Origin: an uncultured virus (IMG/VR IMGVR_UViG_3300028591_000016)
Taxonomy: Duplodnaviria; Heunggongvirae; Uroviricota; Caudoviricetes
Strand: one strand, 5' to 3'
Virus record (IMG/VR): IMGVR_UViG_3300028591_000016
Length of the DNA: 64,000 nucleotides
Shown in pieces: positions 9,713 through 19,206 of the stretch. The stretch's first letter is position 1. Each line of letters starts with the position of its first letter. The notes beneath the pieces were generated by a model. It did not search any database. It was not told the origin of the DNA and worked only from the letters and a program-made list of their open reading frames with translations. The position numbers and the translations under genes are program-made.

Positions 9713-10264
9713 ATGGGAATTGTGATCAACAATCTGTATGATATGCTGAAGATCATTGAGTCGGCGGATACATATGACAAGACATTCGACCATGGCGTAT
9801 GCTATGATCTGTATGAGGATCATGACCCGATAGATGTGTGCATGATCGAGGTACAGAAGCAAATCGATATCGTGTCATTCAATAAGGCAAGCTATGGTAT
9901 CACTATCATAGCCGATATCGCAGGCTTCGTCAAGAAGTACATGCATGATCTGTATGTGATGTCTCAGAGGTTCAGACATCCTATGGAGTCTGATGACCCG
10001 GAGGATGATGATGCTGTGTATACCGGTGTCACGATCATCAATGCATTGGAACCTGGATACGGTGCAGATGATGATTATCTTCTGCTTCTCAAGAAAATAA
10101 ATGAGGAAGAGTATTGGAAGTGGATAAGGAAATACGGAGGAGATTGGCTTGCAGATAATGCAGAGTATGTCGAGGTCATGTGGAACGAGGTCATCACAGA
10201 CGCGATCAATGAGTGGCCGGATGCTTTGCCTGTGAAGGAAGAGAAGAAGGAGGAAGACGAATGA
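9713..10264 (+). CDS. hypothetical protein
   Basis: GGAGG RBS. Confidence 0.75.
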   Translation: MGIVINNLYDMLKIIESADTYDKTFDHGVCYDLYEDHDPIDVCMIEVQKQIDIVSFNKASYGITIIADIAGFVKKYMHDLYVMSQRFRHPMESDDPEDDDAVYTGVTIINALEPGYGADDDYLLLLKKINEEEYWKWIRKYGGDWLADNAEYVEVMWNEVITDAINEWPDALPVKEEKKEEDE

Positions 10265-10494
10265 AAGGATTGAAAGCAATCGATATTGCAACAGGAAAGG
10301 AAGTGAAGATAGGAGATACAGTCACCTCGTTCAGAGGAGAGACTGCCGTGCTCCATGATATCACGAGGGTGAATGAGTTCCATTACGGAGGCAGAAGATC
10401 AGGAAAGATCGCTGTCAAATGGAAGCCGGATGACATGTGGTCTATGGAATACTATGACAATGTATTCAACCTAAGGGTGGAATATGACAACTGA
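10261..10494 (+). CDS. hypothetical protein
   Basis: ATGA-coupled; GGAGG RBS. Confidence 0.7.
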   Translation: MKGLKAIDIATGKEVKIGDTVTSFRGETAVLHDITRVNEFHYGGRRSGKIAVKWKPDDMWSMEYYDNVFNLRVEYDN

Positions 10495-10885
10495 ACAATG
10501 CAACAGATGCAGGTTCGCACCTACACCTGGTTCTTATTCTACATGCAGCGGAGATGATCTTCCTGTATGGTCATGCGATAAGATCGATGATCCAGAGATG
10601 CCATTCGATATGGATGAGGATACTGTGTGTCCATGTTTCAAACCTAGAGAGGAGCAGCATGTCATTGAGGATGAGGTCTGTATCTTCTGCGGCGCCGATA
10701 CCTGTGTCATAGACATAGGTGTCGATGATAGGGAATGGATCGATGAGAATACCGTAGAGCTGTGGCAGAATTATCATTGTACCAAGTGCGGAAAGGACTT
10801 CGTCGGCCGTATCATTCTCAAAGTAGTCGAGAGGATACTCGGAGAGGATGATAAGATCGTATTGGAAAAAGCATGGGGCGAATGA
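10484..10885 (+). CDS. Cys-rich Zn-ribbon protein
   Basis: CNRC...CPCF; CIFCG...CTKCG. Confidence 0.75.
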   Translation: MTTEQCNRCRFAPTPGSYSTCSGDDLPVWSCDKIDDPEMPFDMDEDTVCPCFKPREEQHVIEDEVCIFCGADTCVIDIGVDDREWIDENTVELWQNYHCTKCGKDFVGRIILKVVERILGEDDKIVLEKAWGE

Positions 10886-10886
10886 T

Positions 10887-11105
10887 ATGTCGTTAGAAGA
10901 TGATGATATGGACATCATCCTGAAGAAAGTCTATGATGTCATATACAATGAGACGAAGATCTGTTTCGAGGAGTATACGATAGAGAATATCAAAGGTACC
11001 ATCTGGTCTGTCTATGATGCTATCTGCGATAACATCAGACGTGACGTACGCTTCTATGCAGATGGACTTGCTGAGAGGATACTTGAAGAGTGTAAGGAAG
11101 AGTGA
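10887..11105 (+). CDS. hypothetical protein
   Basis: ATG 1 nt after previous stop. Confidence 0.65.
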   Translation: MSLEDDDMDIILKKVYDVIYNETKICFEEYTIENIKGTIWSVYDAICDNIRRDVRFYADGLAERILEECKEE

Positions 11106-11119
11106 TATGAAGTGATTGT

Positions 11120-11521
11120 ATGGATACGAATGAGATGAAGGAACAGATAAAGAATACAGAACTCTTGCATAATTATTACAATTGTCTGGATGATCTTCAG
11201 ACGATCGGCAGTGAGGATGTAAGAGTCTGGTTGGATGAGAGCAAGGACTTCCTTCCTGATACCATCTCACATTATTGCAGGAAGTGCGAATGCGTAATGA
11301 CATTCTACAGTTATGGAACAAGACATGTGGATCAGTCCACGTATGTTCTCGCTGATGTCATCAACGAGCAGCCCGTGATAATGATGAGGAAGATCTACAA
11401 GTGCAGCTGCGGACGCGAGTACGTGACTGTCACCCAGTTCTTCGAACAGGTTGGATCCGATGTAAGTTATGGCTATCATCCGATAGTGTTTGCACCGAAG
11501 AACGAATTGAAGAATGAATAA
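11120..11521 (+). CDS. Zn-ribbon protein
   Basis: CRKC...CSCG. Confidence 0.7.
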   Translation: MDTNEMKEQIKNTELLHNYYNCLDDLQTIGSEDVRVWLDESKDFLPDTISHYCRKCECVMTFYSYGTRHVDQSTYVLADVINEQPVIMMRKIYKCSCGREYVTVTQFFEQVGSDVSYGYHPIVFAPKNELKNE

Positions 11522-11536
11522 TAGGAGAGTATTGGA

Positions 11537-11935
11537 ATGAATACAAAAGAGTATGCAGAGATGAAGAAGATCGCCGTCAAGGCACAGAAGGATGAGGAGC
11601 TTACCACCGATGAAGCAGTGAGATTCATCCTTCTCTTGGAGAAATCCAAAATGAACGAGGCACTCAAGAAGTGCCAGGCTGTACTTCGTAAGGCAGCCAT
11701 GGAGAAGAGGGTCACCTATTCTGACACCCTCGGGGAGATCACGGTGTACGAGCCTTTCGTCAGTGTGATCAACGAGGAGGACTTCAAGAGGGAGAAGCCT
11801 GCGGAGTATCTCAACATCATTGCCAGGAAGGCAGAGAAGCTCCACATCACCCTCGACGATCTATCGAAGGATGACAAGGAGAGGTACGTCCACTTCGAGA
11901 GAGGGACAGCCAAGGTCAAGGTGAACCTCGCATAA
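11537..11935 (+). CDS. hypothetical protein
   Basis: AGGAG RBS; 132 aa. Confidence 0.75.
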   Translation: MNTKEYAEMKKIAVKAQKDEELTTDEAVRFILLLEKSKMNEALKKCQAVLRKAAMEKRVTYSDTLGEITVYEPFVSVINEEDFKREKPAEYLNIIARKAEKLHITLDDLSKDDKERYVHFERGTAKVKVNLA

Positions 11936-11939
11936 ACAT

Positions 11940-11961
11940 GATGGGGTTCATCCCCATCTTT
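11940..11961 (+). terminator. stem-loop after gene
   Basis: GATGGGG-TTCAT-CCCCATC followed by TTT. Confidence 0.55.
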
Positions 11962-11981
11962 AATTAACAGGAGATGAAAGT

Positions 11982-12377
11982 ATGTCAGGTACTAAGAAGG
12001 ATTTGGAAGAGCAGTGCAGATGGATCGTAGAGAAAATCGAGGCACTTGCCGATGAGAACAAGCTCTATGATATGGAGAAAGATTGTTTTGTGGACAGGGA
12101 CAGTCTCGAGGATCCCAATGATTATGATGAGGGAAGGTATCAGAGCCTCTGGGATTATATCGCAGACAATCTGGGTATCAAGATAATCACCAGTCTTGAC
12201 GGTTCAGAGTATTACGGGGCTGAGATCTGTGTGGCTTGGGGTGGGCCTAACATCTACATAGAGACCAGGGATTCATATGTCAGAGGATACTGGGGTGATG
12301 AGGTCAGTATTCCTCTTTCATATTATGCACGCGATGCTATCGATGAGATTATAGATGAACTGAGGTCGTGTTATTAA
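11982..12377 (+). CDS. conserved phage hypothetical protein
   Basis: YYGAEICVAWGGPNIYIET...VRGYWG motif. Confidence 0.75.
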   Translation: MSGTKKDLEEQCRWIVEKIEALADENKLYDMEKDCFVDRDSLEDPNDYDEGRYQSLWDYIADNLGIKIITSLDGSEYYGAEICVAWGGPNIYIETRDSYVRGYWGDEVSIPLSYYARDAIDEIIDELRSCY

Positions 12378-12386
12378 GGTGATAGA

Positions 12387-12896
12387 ATGGGATATGATAA
12401 CAGACATGTAACTGAACTTGAGATACTTTCGGAGCTTGCAAAGAAAGCAGAGGAAGTCCTTGGTAAGTATGTGAATGAGATTATGGATGAGAACGTGAAA
12501 CAATGGTATGTTCCCGGGATCCAGTATATAGATAACGGTCGTGTCGAGTTGGTGATGTACGATCGTGATCCGATTGATTCCGGAGAGACCATTGAAGATG
12601 AAGATATCAAACCTGTCATGGGTGATAAGTTCAATGACAATATAATCGGATATCTTCACAATGAATGCGTCACCAATCTGTTAGATCCTGTTATCATTTA
12701 TCTCAGGGACAACGGTGTTCCTGTAACTGGATGGGTGTATACCGATACAGAAGGGATGGAAAGCTGGTATGCATTCTGGATCGATGGGAATATTCTCGAT
12801 AAAGGATTGAATGAGATCGGTGCAGCTAGGTTCGCTATGAGTTATCTGAAGGAACATGATGGTGTATTCGATCGTAAGATAATGAACAGGATCTGA
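12387..12896 (+). CDS. hypothetical protein
   Basis: AGGTGA RBS. Confidence 0.75.
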   Translation: MGYDNRHVTELEILSELAKKAEEVLGKYVNEIMDENVKQWYVPGIQYIDNGRVELVMYDRDPIDSGETIEDEDIKPVMGDKFNDNIIGYLHNECVTNLLDPVIIYLRDNGVPVTGWVYTDTEGMESWYAFWIDGNILDKGLNEIGAARFAMSYLKEHDGVFDRKIMNRI

Positions 12897-12900
12897 TAAT

Positions 12901-13119
12901 ATGGCCTGCCCATTCTGTAATAGACCTGAGGAATATTTCACAGGTGATGTTATTCTTTACAAGATCGAGTGGCCTCACGCGTATGTGAATCTCGCATGCT
13001 TCTGTGATAGATGTAATAAATCATTCTGGCAGAGACATGAGTTCAAAACGGATGATTATTACTACGAGAACGTAACAAATGAAGAACATGAAAAAGATAT
13101 GAAGGAGATGAAAGAATGA
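12901..13119 (+). CDS. Zn-ribbon protein
   Basis: CPFC...CDRC. Confidence 0.7.
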   Translation: MACPFCNRPEEYFTGDVILYKIEWPHAYVNLACFCDRCNKSFWQRHEFKTDDYYYENVTNEEHEKDMKEMKE

Positions 13120-13352
13120 GTATTGGTTTTGATAGGGACATGATAGTTTCTGCTGTTTTCAATCTTATGAATGAGGCAATACAGAAGATACCTGAACGTG
13201 AAAAGAATGAAACTTGGGGTACCGAGCAGACACGTAAGGAGTTTTACAAGTGTGTTCGCTATATATTGGTATCAATGCAAGATGAAGTAGACTGGATAAT
13301 CGATGAATACGAAGATGAACTTGGATTGATTGAGGAGGATATGAGAGAATGA
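13116..13352 (+). CDS. hypothetical protein
   Basis: ATGA-coupled. Confidence 0.7.
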   Translation: MSIGFDRDMIVSAVFNLMNEAIQKIPEREKNETWGTEQTRKEFYKCVRYILVSMQDEVDWIIDEYEDELGLIEEDMRE

Positions 13353-13537
13353 GTGTCTATGAAGATATATGCGAATGGATTGTTGACGATTATCTTGAAG
13401 CGATCGATGCTGGAGAGTCTCCAGATCTCATTGATATCATAGAGCAGAACCTGATAGATCTGTCTGAGTCCATATACGACCGTGAGAAAGATATCAGGTG
13501 TGAGATTGAGAAGAGGATGAAGGAGATGAAAGAATGA
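13349..13537 (+). CDS. hypothetical protein
   Basis: ATGA-coupled. Confidence 0.7.
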   Translation: MSVYEDICEWIVDDYLEAIDAGESPDLIDIIEQNLIDLSESIYDREKDIRCEIEKRMKEMKE

Positions 13538-13821
13538 GAGCAGATAGAGAGACTGCAGGTCACGTGGTATATGATGCATGTGAAGCTGCTGTCAATCAGG
13601 TATTGGCAGATGAAGGGCCTTATGATTGGTCTGATGATGAGATCGATGAGGCAACATATTACATGCGTATGTTCGTGCTTGAGACACTTGTGAATATCAA
13701 ATACAAATCTGAGCAACTTAAAGATGCGAATGGAAAGTTTGATGCTTTCACTGAGGATGAGATGGAGAACTACGCAATGGATGCTATCGACATGGTAAAG
13801 ACATTCGGAAGAGGTGAATGA
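13534..13821 (+). CDS. hypothetical protein
   Basis: ATGA-coupled. Confidence 0.7.
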   Translation: MRADRETAGHVVYDACEAAVNQVLADEGPYDWSDDEIDEATYYMRMFVLETLVNIKYKSEQLKDANGKFDAFTEDEMENYAMDAIDMVKTFGRGE

Positions 13822-14473
13822 TATGGGATTGATAAAGAATAGAGAGTATAAACAGGAAGCGGCGTATCACACAGATCATGGGTTCGTCCTGAGCATGGGT
13901 AACAGGAAGATGGGAAGAGTCATGTCCTTCTCTTTGCCTCCGGGACTGACATGTGCAGATGATATCCCGTGTCTGTCCACATGTTATGCAGCGAAGATGG
14001 AGAGGATCTATCCGACTGTGAAGAACAGCTGGAAGAATAACTATGACCTGCTGCAGAAGTATTGGGGAGATGTATTCGTCAATGACATCTGCGCGGCCAT
14101 CAGGAAGAAGAAGCCTGAGCTGTTCAGATGGCATGTTGGCGGAGACATATTCTCCAAGGATTACCTGGACAATATGTGTCTTATTGCCAAAAAGAACAAG
14201 GACGTGAAGTTCTGGGCATTCACCAAGCAGTTCTCCGTGTTGGAGGATTACGATGATAAGATCCCGGAGAACCTCACGATAGTCCTTTCGGTCTGGCCTC
14301 CGCATGTTCCTTCGGATGAATTGAAAGAGAAATACGGATGCTGTTACTTCCAGGATGCCGAGGAGAACTACGATGTTCCGGAGGATGCATTCATCTGTGA
14401 CGGCGACTGTGAGATGTGCAGGCGTTGCGTAGAGCTGCGTGCAAATGAGTCGGTGGTCATCTATAAACACTAA
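13814..14473 (+). CDS. gp88-like protein (radical-SAM-like Cys cluster)
   Basis: GNRKMG..SFSLPPGLTC...CYA.K, FRWHVGGD, FWAFTK, C-terminal C..C..C..C. Confidence 0.7.
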   Translation: MNDMGLIKNREYKQEAAYHTDHGFVLSMGNRKMGRVMSFSLPPGLTCADDIPCLSTCYAAKMERIYPTVKNSWKNNYDLLQKYWGDVFVNDICAAIRKKKPELFRWHVGGDIFSKDYLDNMCLIAKKNKDVKFWAFTKQFSVLEDYDDKIPENLTIVLSVWPPHVPSDELKEKYGCCYFQDAEENYDVPEDAFICDGDCEMCRRCVELRANESVVIYKH

Positions 14474-14508
14474 TTATAAATAGTATCTATACCATATATA
14501 GATACTAT
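14474..14508 (+). promoter_or_regulatory. TATA box plus 12-bp perfect inverted repeat (operator)
   Basis: TTATAAAT then ATAGTATCTATA-CCATA-TATAGATACTAT. Confidence 0.6.
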
Positions 14509-14523
14509 CTAAATGGTGTTACC

Positions 14524-14907
14524 ATGTATTACATGCCGGTAGATATGTGCAAGCTGATTGCGAACATCGTTGCATATCCATGGGATTGTCTTACCAAATA
14601 TGATCCCCGTATAATGTGCAATGACCTTCGTAAGATGCTTGATGATACTGGCCCTAATCTGTTCTTCGATGTGATATCACATCCGGTGATCGTTAAGGAA
14701 GGTCTTGTGTTCAGGACTTTCCTTACGGTCATGTCAAAGGATCCCGAGCTGGTTCTCGGTGTGGTATCGCGTGCTGTTCTGAGGGATATGGTCTTCACAT
14801 TGTATTTCACGGATGCATATGGCGACCAGTATTCTCTCAACAGCGTTTCATTCAGAACCGTGGGAACAGAGGGATTGAGTATAGATACCATGAACTTGGT
14901 GATATGA
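14524..14907 (+). CDS. hypothetical protein
   Basis: 127-aa ORF after promoter. Confidence 0.7.
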   Translation: MYYMPVDMCKLIANIVAYPWDCLTKYDPRIMCNDLRKMLDDTGPNLFFDVISHPVIVKEGLVFRTFLTVMSKDPELVLGVVSRAVLRDMVFTLYFTDAYGDQYSLNSVSFRTVGTEGLSIDTMNLVI

Positions 14908-15660
14908 ATGGATTTATTGGAATTGAATGATATCTATTGTAAGGACAAAGCGAGGATAAAGACTGATAAGTTTTTCAAGGATCCTGTTCGTGTGGAATAT
15001 TCATTTACTCCTACAGAAGAGCACGTTATGTCTACAGAGGATGGGAGGATATCCGCTATTGTGAACAACCCATTCGATGGTATCAGAAGTGTCACACTTA
15101 ACCACTCCATAAAGGAATTTGTGAAATGTATCCATGATGGTGTCCCTGTTACCGATCATCTGTTTGGATGTGATGCAGATGTATGCGTTGGTTCTCTCTT
15201 TGAACACTATGAGGATAGGGTCAGACAATATAACGACCAGGTCGCTATAGGTTGTCAATGTCACCCGGACATCACCTTCTCGAATGTGATCCCGGGGATG
15301 ACCTTGATCCTGGATCGTATGAAGAATACCAACTTCGAGCTTAGCCCAGATAAGGGTTCTGATGCGATTACTGCATACTCTGTGAACGGTATCCAAGCTG
15401 ATGGGAGAGCATTGTCTTTGATATACATACCCAAGGATAACAACAAGATCTATGGTTATGGCGGAACGATATACACTAACCGTGGATTGAAATCATTGGA
15501 TGATGCGTTGAAGATATATCTCTTCAGTAATACATACATCGTTTCACGTTCCCCGGAGATGGAAAAGTTTCCAGAGTTCAAGACCATGAAGACATCATGT
15601 GTGATAATCTATGAGGATTCTTTAGAAAGGGTATTGAAACTTATCGATGAACAGGAGTGA
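14908..15660 (+). CDS. hypothetical protein
   Basis: GGTGA RBS; 250 aa. Confidence 0.75.
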   Translation: MDLLELNDIYCKDKARIKTDKFFKDPVRVEYSFTPTEEHVMSTEDGRISAIVNNPFDGIRSVTLNHSIKEFVKCIHDGVPVTDHLFGCDADVCVGSLFEHYEDRVRQYNDQVAIGCQCHPDITFSNVIPGMTLILDRMKNTNFELSPDKGSDAITAYSVNGIQADGRALSLIYIPKDNNKIYGYGGTIYTNRGLKSLDDALKIYLFSNTYIVSRSPEMEKFPEFKTMKTSCVIIYEDSLERVLKLIDEQE

Positions 15661-15664
15661 TCGA

Positions 15665-15874
15665 ATGGGAATAGAAATAATAGAGAATGGATTGATATAT
15701 GATGGGAAAAAAGTCTTTGTAAAAGACAAGAAGAATGGCTGCATAATCAACGTTGATGGCAAGAAGATCCGCGTTAATAATGACCAGTTCATTCTTTTGT
15801 ACACATTCTTTGCTGCATTGTTTAAGGATGTATGTAGCAAAGAGGATAAGAAAAAGGAGGAGGTATACTTATGA
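15665..15874 (+). CDS. hypothetical protein
   Basis: GGAGTGA RBS. Confidence 0.65.
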   Translation: MGIEIIENGLIYDGKKVFVKDKKNGCIINVDGKKIRVNNDQFILLYTFFAALFKDVCSKEDKKKEEVYL

Positions 15875-16182
15875 CCGAAGGAATTGTTTCATGTGAGATC
15901 TTTCAGAAGGGTGAGCTGTATGATTGTAAGGTCTATCTTGGTAAGGATATGGACGGAGGGAATTCCTATGTCTGTATCCGTGTAGATAAGATTAAAATCA
16001 CTTACAATACTTCCAGGAAGCTTTTCATCATGAAGTTCTTGGTAGGCGGCAGAGTAGTTACTGAAGCTTATGTGAACAAGATATACATCTATGACATGGA
16101 GAAGGAGAACAATATCCGTTTCCCGGAGATAGATGCAGAGTGGCCGTATGAAGATATAATAATTGAAATGAAGGAGGATTGA
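15871..16182 (+). CDS. hypothetical protein
   Basis: GGAGGT RBS; ATGA-coupled. Confidence 0.7.
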   Translation: MTEGIVSCEIFQKGELYDCKVYLGKDMDGGNSYVCIRVDKIKITYNTSRKLFIMKFLVGGRVVTEAYVNKIYIYDMEKENNIRFPEIDAEWPYEDIIIEMKED

Positions 16183-16184
16183 AT

Positions 16185-16388
16185 ATGAACGTTAGTACAG
16201 AAGACATAAAGGTATTTGTCGCTAGAGTTGAGAAACTGGCTGAGATGGCATTCGGACTCGACATGTCGGATCCGTACAATGAGGATGGTATGGACTATTT
16301 CCACCATGACATCTGGCTGGTCATGGAGGATTGCTTCGGTATCAGCCCCAATGACATGAAGGCGAAGTACAAGGTCGAGAAGGTGTGA
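16185..16388 (+). CDS. hypothetical protein
   Basis: GGAGG RBS. Confidence 0.65.
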   Translation: MNVSTEDIKVFVARVEKLAEMAFGLDMSDPYNEDGMDYFHHDIWLVMEDCFGISPNDMKAKYKVEKV

Positions 16389-16390
16389 GC

Positions 16391-16600
16391 ATGAAGAACG
16401 ATGTGCAGTATGTATGTAAGGTAACCCTTACCAAGATAAAGGGGAGCAATGTCCTTGCTCCTTCTTCCATTCATCTTAAAGATGATGAGGTGAAGAAGTC
16501 TGTTTTGGATGTGATGGAACCTGGAGATGAGGTAGTCATATCCAAGATGACCTATGAGGAGTTCCTTGCTTCGCTGCCGGATAAAGAGGTGAGAGAATGA
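16391..16600 (+). CDS. hypothetical protein
   Basis: AGGTG RBS. Confidence 0.65.
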   Translation: MKNDVQYVCKVTLTKIKGSNVLAPSSIHLKDDEVKKSVLDVMEPGDEVVISKMTYEEFLASLPDKEVRE

Positions 16601-16800
16601 AGATCTATACTGTATGCGTATATGTGAATGAGACCGAGGTTCCAGAGGACAGGTGGGAGGACATCGACTTTGAGAGAGCCGATGCTATCGCTGCGGAAGA
16701 TTTGCAGTGGGTCATCGAGCATAATCATCCGAAAGGTGCCTGTCTCTTCAGACACTATAGAAATGAGGATGATGCTATTGAACATGCGGAGGGGGCATGA
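16597..16800 (+). CDS. hypothetical protein
   Basis: GAGGTGA RBS; ATGA-coupled. Confidence 0.65.
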   Translation: MKIYTVCVYVNETEVPEDRWEDIDFERADAIAAEDLQWVIEHNHPKGACLFRHYRNEDDAIEHAEGA

Positions 16801-17201
16801 TGAGCAGGGAAGGAGAGGATGCATTCGATCTTGGCGCAGAGTTCTGGGAGCAGTATGAGATATTCACTGATGATGACGGAAAGAGATTCCTCAATATCGG
16901 TGTATACATCTACTGTGCCGAGAACGATATCGGATGGGAGGACGGAGTCTCCAGGGAATGGAGAGAGGTTCACGAGTATGTCTCTTTCCCTCTGGAGAAG
17001 GTGCTTGAGATCATCGATAACGAGGACACACTTTGTAATCAATCGGAGTATGACTTCAGACCCAGTGACGAGATCGAGGATCTGACACAGGAAGAAGCTA
17101 AACAAAGATTCGTGGACATGTACGATAATAACATCAAGATGAATATGAAAGAGATAAGGGCAGATACCCCTAATGGCGTCTATTTTGGAGTTGTGATCTA
17201 A
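16797..17201 (+). CDS. hypothetical acidic protein
   Basis: ATGA-coupled 134 aa. Confidence 0.7.
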   Translation: MMSREGEDAFDLGAEFWEQYEIFTDDDGKRFLNIGVYIYCAENDIGWEDGVSREWREVHEYVSFPLEKVLEIIDNEDTLCNQSEYDFRPSDEIEDLTQEEAKQRFVDMYDNNIKMNMKEIRADTPNGVYFGVVI

Positions 17202-17365
17202 TGGCAAAGAAACAATGGCAAGGTGAGGAATGGCTTGTGTGCAAGTGCTGCGGGTACAAACAGTATGATGTCGGGACAGTGCTTCAGTACAAGGTGAAGT
17301 ATCCCGGTATGGCTGCGCATGATATCCCTTACAAGTGCGGAGCATGTATGGATAATGAGGAGTGA
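17201..17365 (+). CDS. Zn-finger microprotein (54 aa), not in ORF track
   Basis: MAKKQWQGEEWLVCKCCG...YKCGACMDNEE; TAATG-coupled. Confidence 0.65.
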   Translation: MAKKQWQGEEWLVCKCCGYKQYDVGTVLQYKVKYPGMAAHDIPYKCGACMDNEE

Positions 17366-17374
17366 GGTGATCAT

Positions 17375-18052
17375 ATGAAAGTATTGGAATTATTTGCAGG
17401 AACAAGAAGTATCGGAAAAGGATTCGAGAGAGCCGGCGTACCGCGTGAGAACATACTCTCGATCGAGCTGGATATGCAGCACAAGGATATTGATTGGTAC
17501 AGAGATATCGAGACGGTGGAAGCCGAGGAGATCATCAAGGAATTCGGTGTGCCCGATGTGGTATGGGCGAGCCCACCTTGCCAGTCGTACAGTATCGCTG
17601 CCATAAGCAAGCACAGGACACGCGGAGAGGATGGCTATCTCTATCCCAAATCCGAGTTCGCCAAGTTATCCGATAATCTGCTTGAGCACACTATCGACCT
17701 CATCCGTGAACTTCAGCTGTACAATGATGATCTCATCTGGTTCATTGAGAATCCCCGCGGCGGCATGAGGAAGTCCGTACCCATCAACAGTAATCATCTG
17801 AATAAGTACAGGTACACTATCACGTATTGCCAGTACGGTGACCATAGGATGAAACCTACTGACATCTGGACTAACCACCCGAACGTTCAGTTCAAGCCCA
17901 TGTGTCACAATGGCGACCCCTGTCATGACAGAGCTCCACGCGGTGCCAAGACAGGGACGCAGGGACTGGACGGAGCTGTCGAGCGTAGCAGGATACCTGA
18001 CGGGTTCTGCGACCACGTAGCTGAGATATGCCTCAGTAATATGGGGGAGTGA
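17375..18052 (+). CDS. DNA cytosine-C5 methyltransferase (compact phage type)
   Basis: Motif I LELFAG, motif IV WASPPC, motif VI IENP, YCQYG..MKPTDIW. Confidence 0.9.
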   Translation: MKVLELFAGTRSIGKGFERAGVPRENILSIELDMQHKDIDWYRDIETVEAEEIIKEFGVPDVVWASPPCQSYSIAAISKHRTRGEDGYLYPKSEFAKLSDNLLEHTIDLIRELQLYNDDLIWFIENPRGGMRKSVPINSNHLNKYRYTITYCQYGDHRMKPTDIWTNHPNVQFKPMCHNGDPCHDRAPRGAKTGTQGLDGAVERSRIPDGFCDHVAEICLSNMGE

Positions 18053-18432
18053 GTATGGCCATGAAAACCTATTCCGAGGAGTTCAAGAATGCCGTCGTCC
18101 AGGAGTATATGTCCTCGGAGGATGTCACCATGTCTTATCTCGCCACCAAGTACAAGCTCAGTATCAGTACGATATCCAATTGGTTAAGGGATACCGACGG
18201 CGGAGAGAAAAGGAACAAGCATAGAGGATGGTATCCTAAGGAGACCAAGCATAAGAGGTTCGCATGCACTGATATGCTCAGCGATAAGATTCCTCTCAAT
18301 GTGAAGCTCAATATGATCTATGATAAGCTGAACATTCTTGAGCGTTACATCATGCTGCTGACATCATCGATAGATCATGTGATGTTCAATATAGAGAATG
18401 ATTGTGTGGATGAAGAGGATAAGGAGGAATGA
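18049..18432 (+). CDS. helix-turn-helix DNA-binding protein
   Basis: YSEEFKNAVVQEY...SYLATKYKLSISTISNWLR (HTH_Tnp_1-like); no transposase catalytic domain. Confidence 0.7.
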   Translation: MSMAMKTYSEEFKNAVVQEYMSSEDVTMSYLATKYKLSISTISNWLRDTDGGEKRNKHRGWYPKETKHKRFACTDMLSDKIPLNVKLNMIYDKLNILERYIMLLTSSIDHVMFNIENDCVDEEDKEE

Positions 18433-18890
18433 ATATGCACGCAACTATCTATCAGATATCTGATGTCCCTGTCGATAAAGAGAATTACATCGACGAAACA
18501 TATCTTCCTGAATGGTTCTGGAATAAGATGGATTATGCCGATGTTATAGACGATAAAGATGCAGAAGAGAGATGTATATGCACCGGAGAACGTCCAGGTC
18601 TGCACTTCGATAAAGAAAAGAAACTGCTCACAGTGACTGACAAGAACGCGTACTTCAAGACCAAGTACGACGACTTCAAGAGTCATGTTGCTAAACTGAC
18701 GGACTGTACGCTGGACGAGTTTGTGAAAGGAAGTTGTGACGTTAGCGTCTACCATATCCAGATGGTATACGATGATGAATACGACATCTATGTTTGTGAC
18801 AGTGATGGCGTATTGGAGACGTTAGATCAATGGGTTAGATATAGTGATGGGACAGCTTACATAGGTGCTGTACTCGATTATCATTATTGA
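18429..18890 (+). CDS. hypothetical protein
   Basis: ATGA-coupled; ends YIGAVLDYHY. Confidence 0.75.
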   Translation: MNMHATIYQISDVPVDKENYIDETYLPEWFWNKMDYADVIDDKDAEERCICTGERPGLHFDKEKKLLTVTDKNAYFKTKYDDFKSHVAKLTDCTLDEFVKGSCDVSVYHIQMVYDDEYDIYVCDSDGVLETLDQWVRYSDGTAYIGAVLDYHY

Positions 18891-18903
18891 CGGAGGTGAG
18901 AAT

Positions 18904-19206
18904 ATGGATGATATATTACTCTGGGTGATGCTGTATCCGATTACCTTCATGATCATCATCTTCGTGGTGTTCTATTTCATCGGGATATACAACACCAGGA
19001 AGATGTTTATGGTCGATGCTCTCGAAGAGAACGGAGGTACTATCACGTATCAGGGAGTGGAGTTCATCGTGCAGAGGCATGCACAGATAGAAGTGCATTA
19101 CTCCGGGATCGTCGTGCACAATCCCAACGGAACCATGAGGGCATTCAAGACCGTCAACCCGATCTTCTCTCAGGCGCCGGTGATCACAATAGGATACAGG
19201 GGATGA
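18904..19206 (+). CDS. membrane-anchored hypothetical protein
   Basis: GGAGGTGA RBS; N-terminal TM helix. Confidence 0.7.
   Translation: MDDILLWVMLYPITFMIIIFVVFYFIGIYNTRKMFMVDALEENGGTITYQGVEFIVQRHAQIEVHYSGIVVHNPNGTMRAFKTVNPIFSQAPVITIGYRG

Noticed and set aside
18049..18432. IS3-family transposase
   Set aside because: Only the HTH is present; no DDE ORF, terminal inverted repeats or target duplication seen
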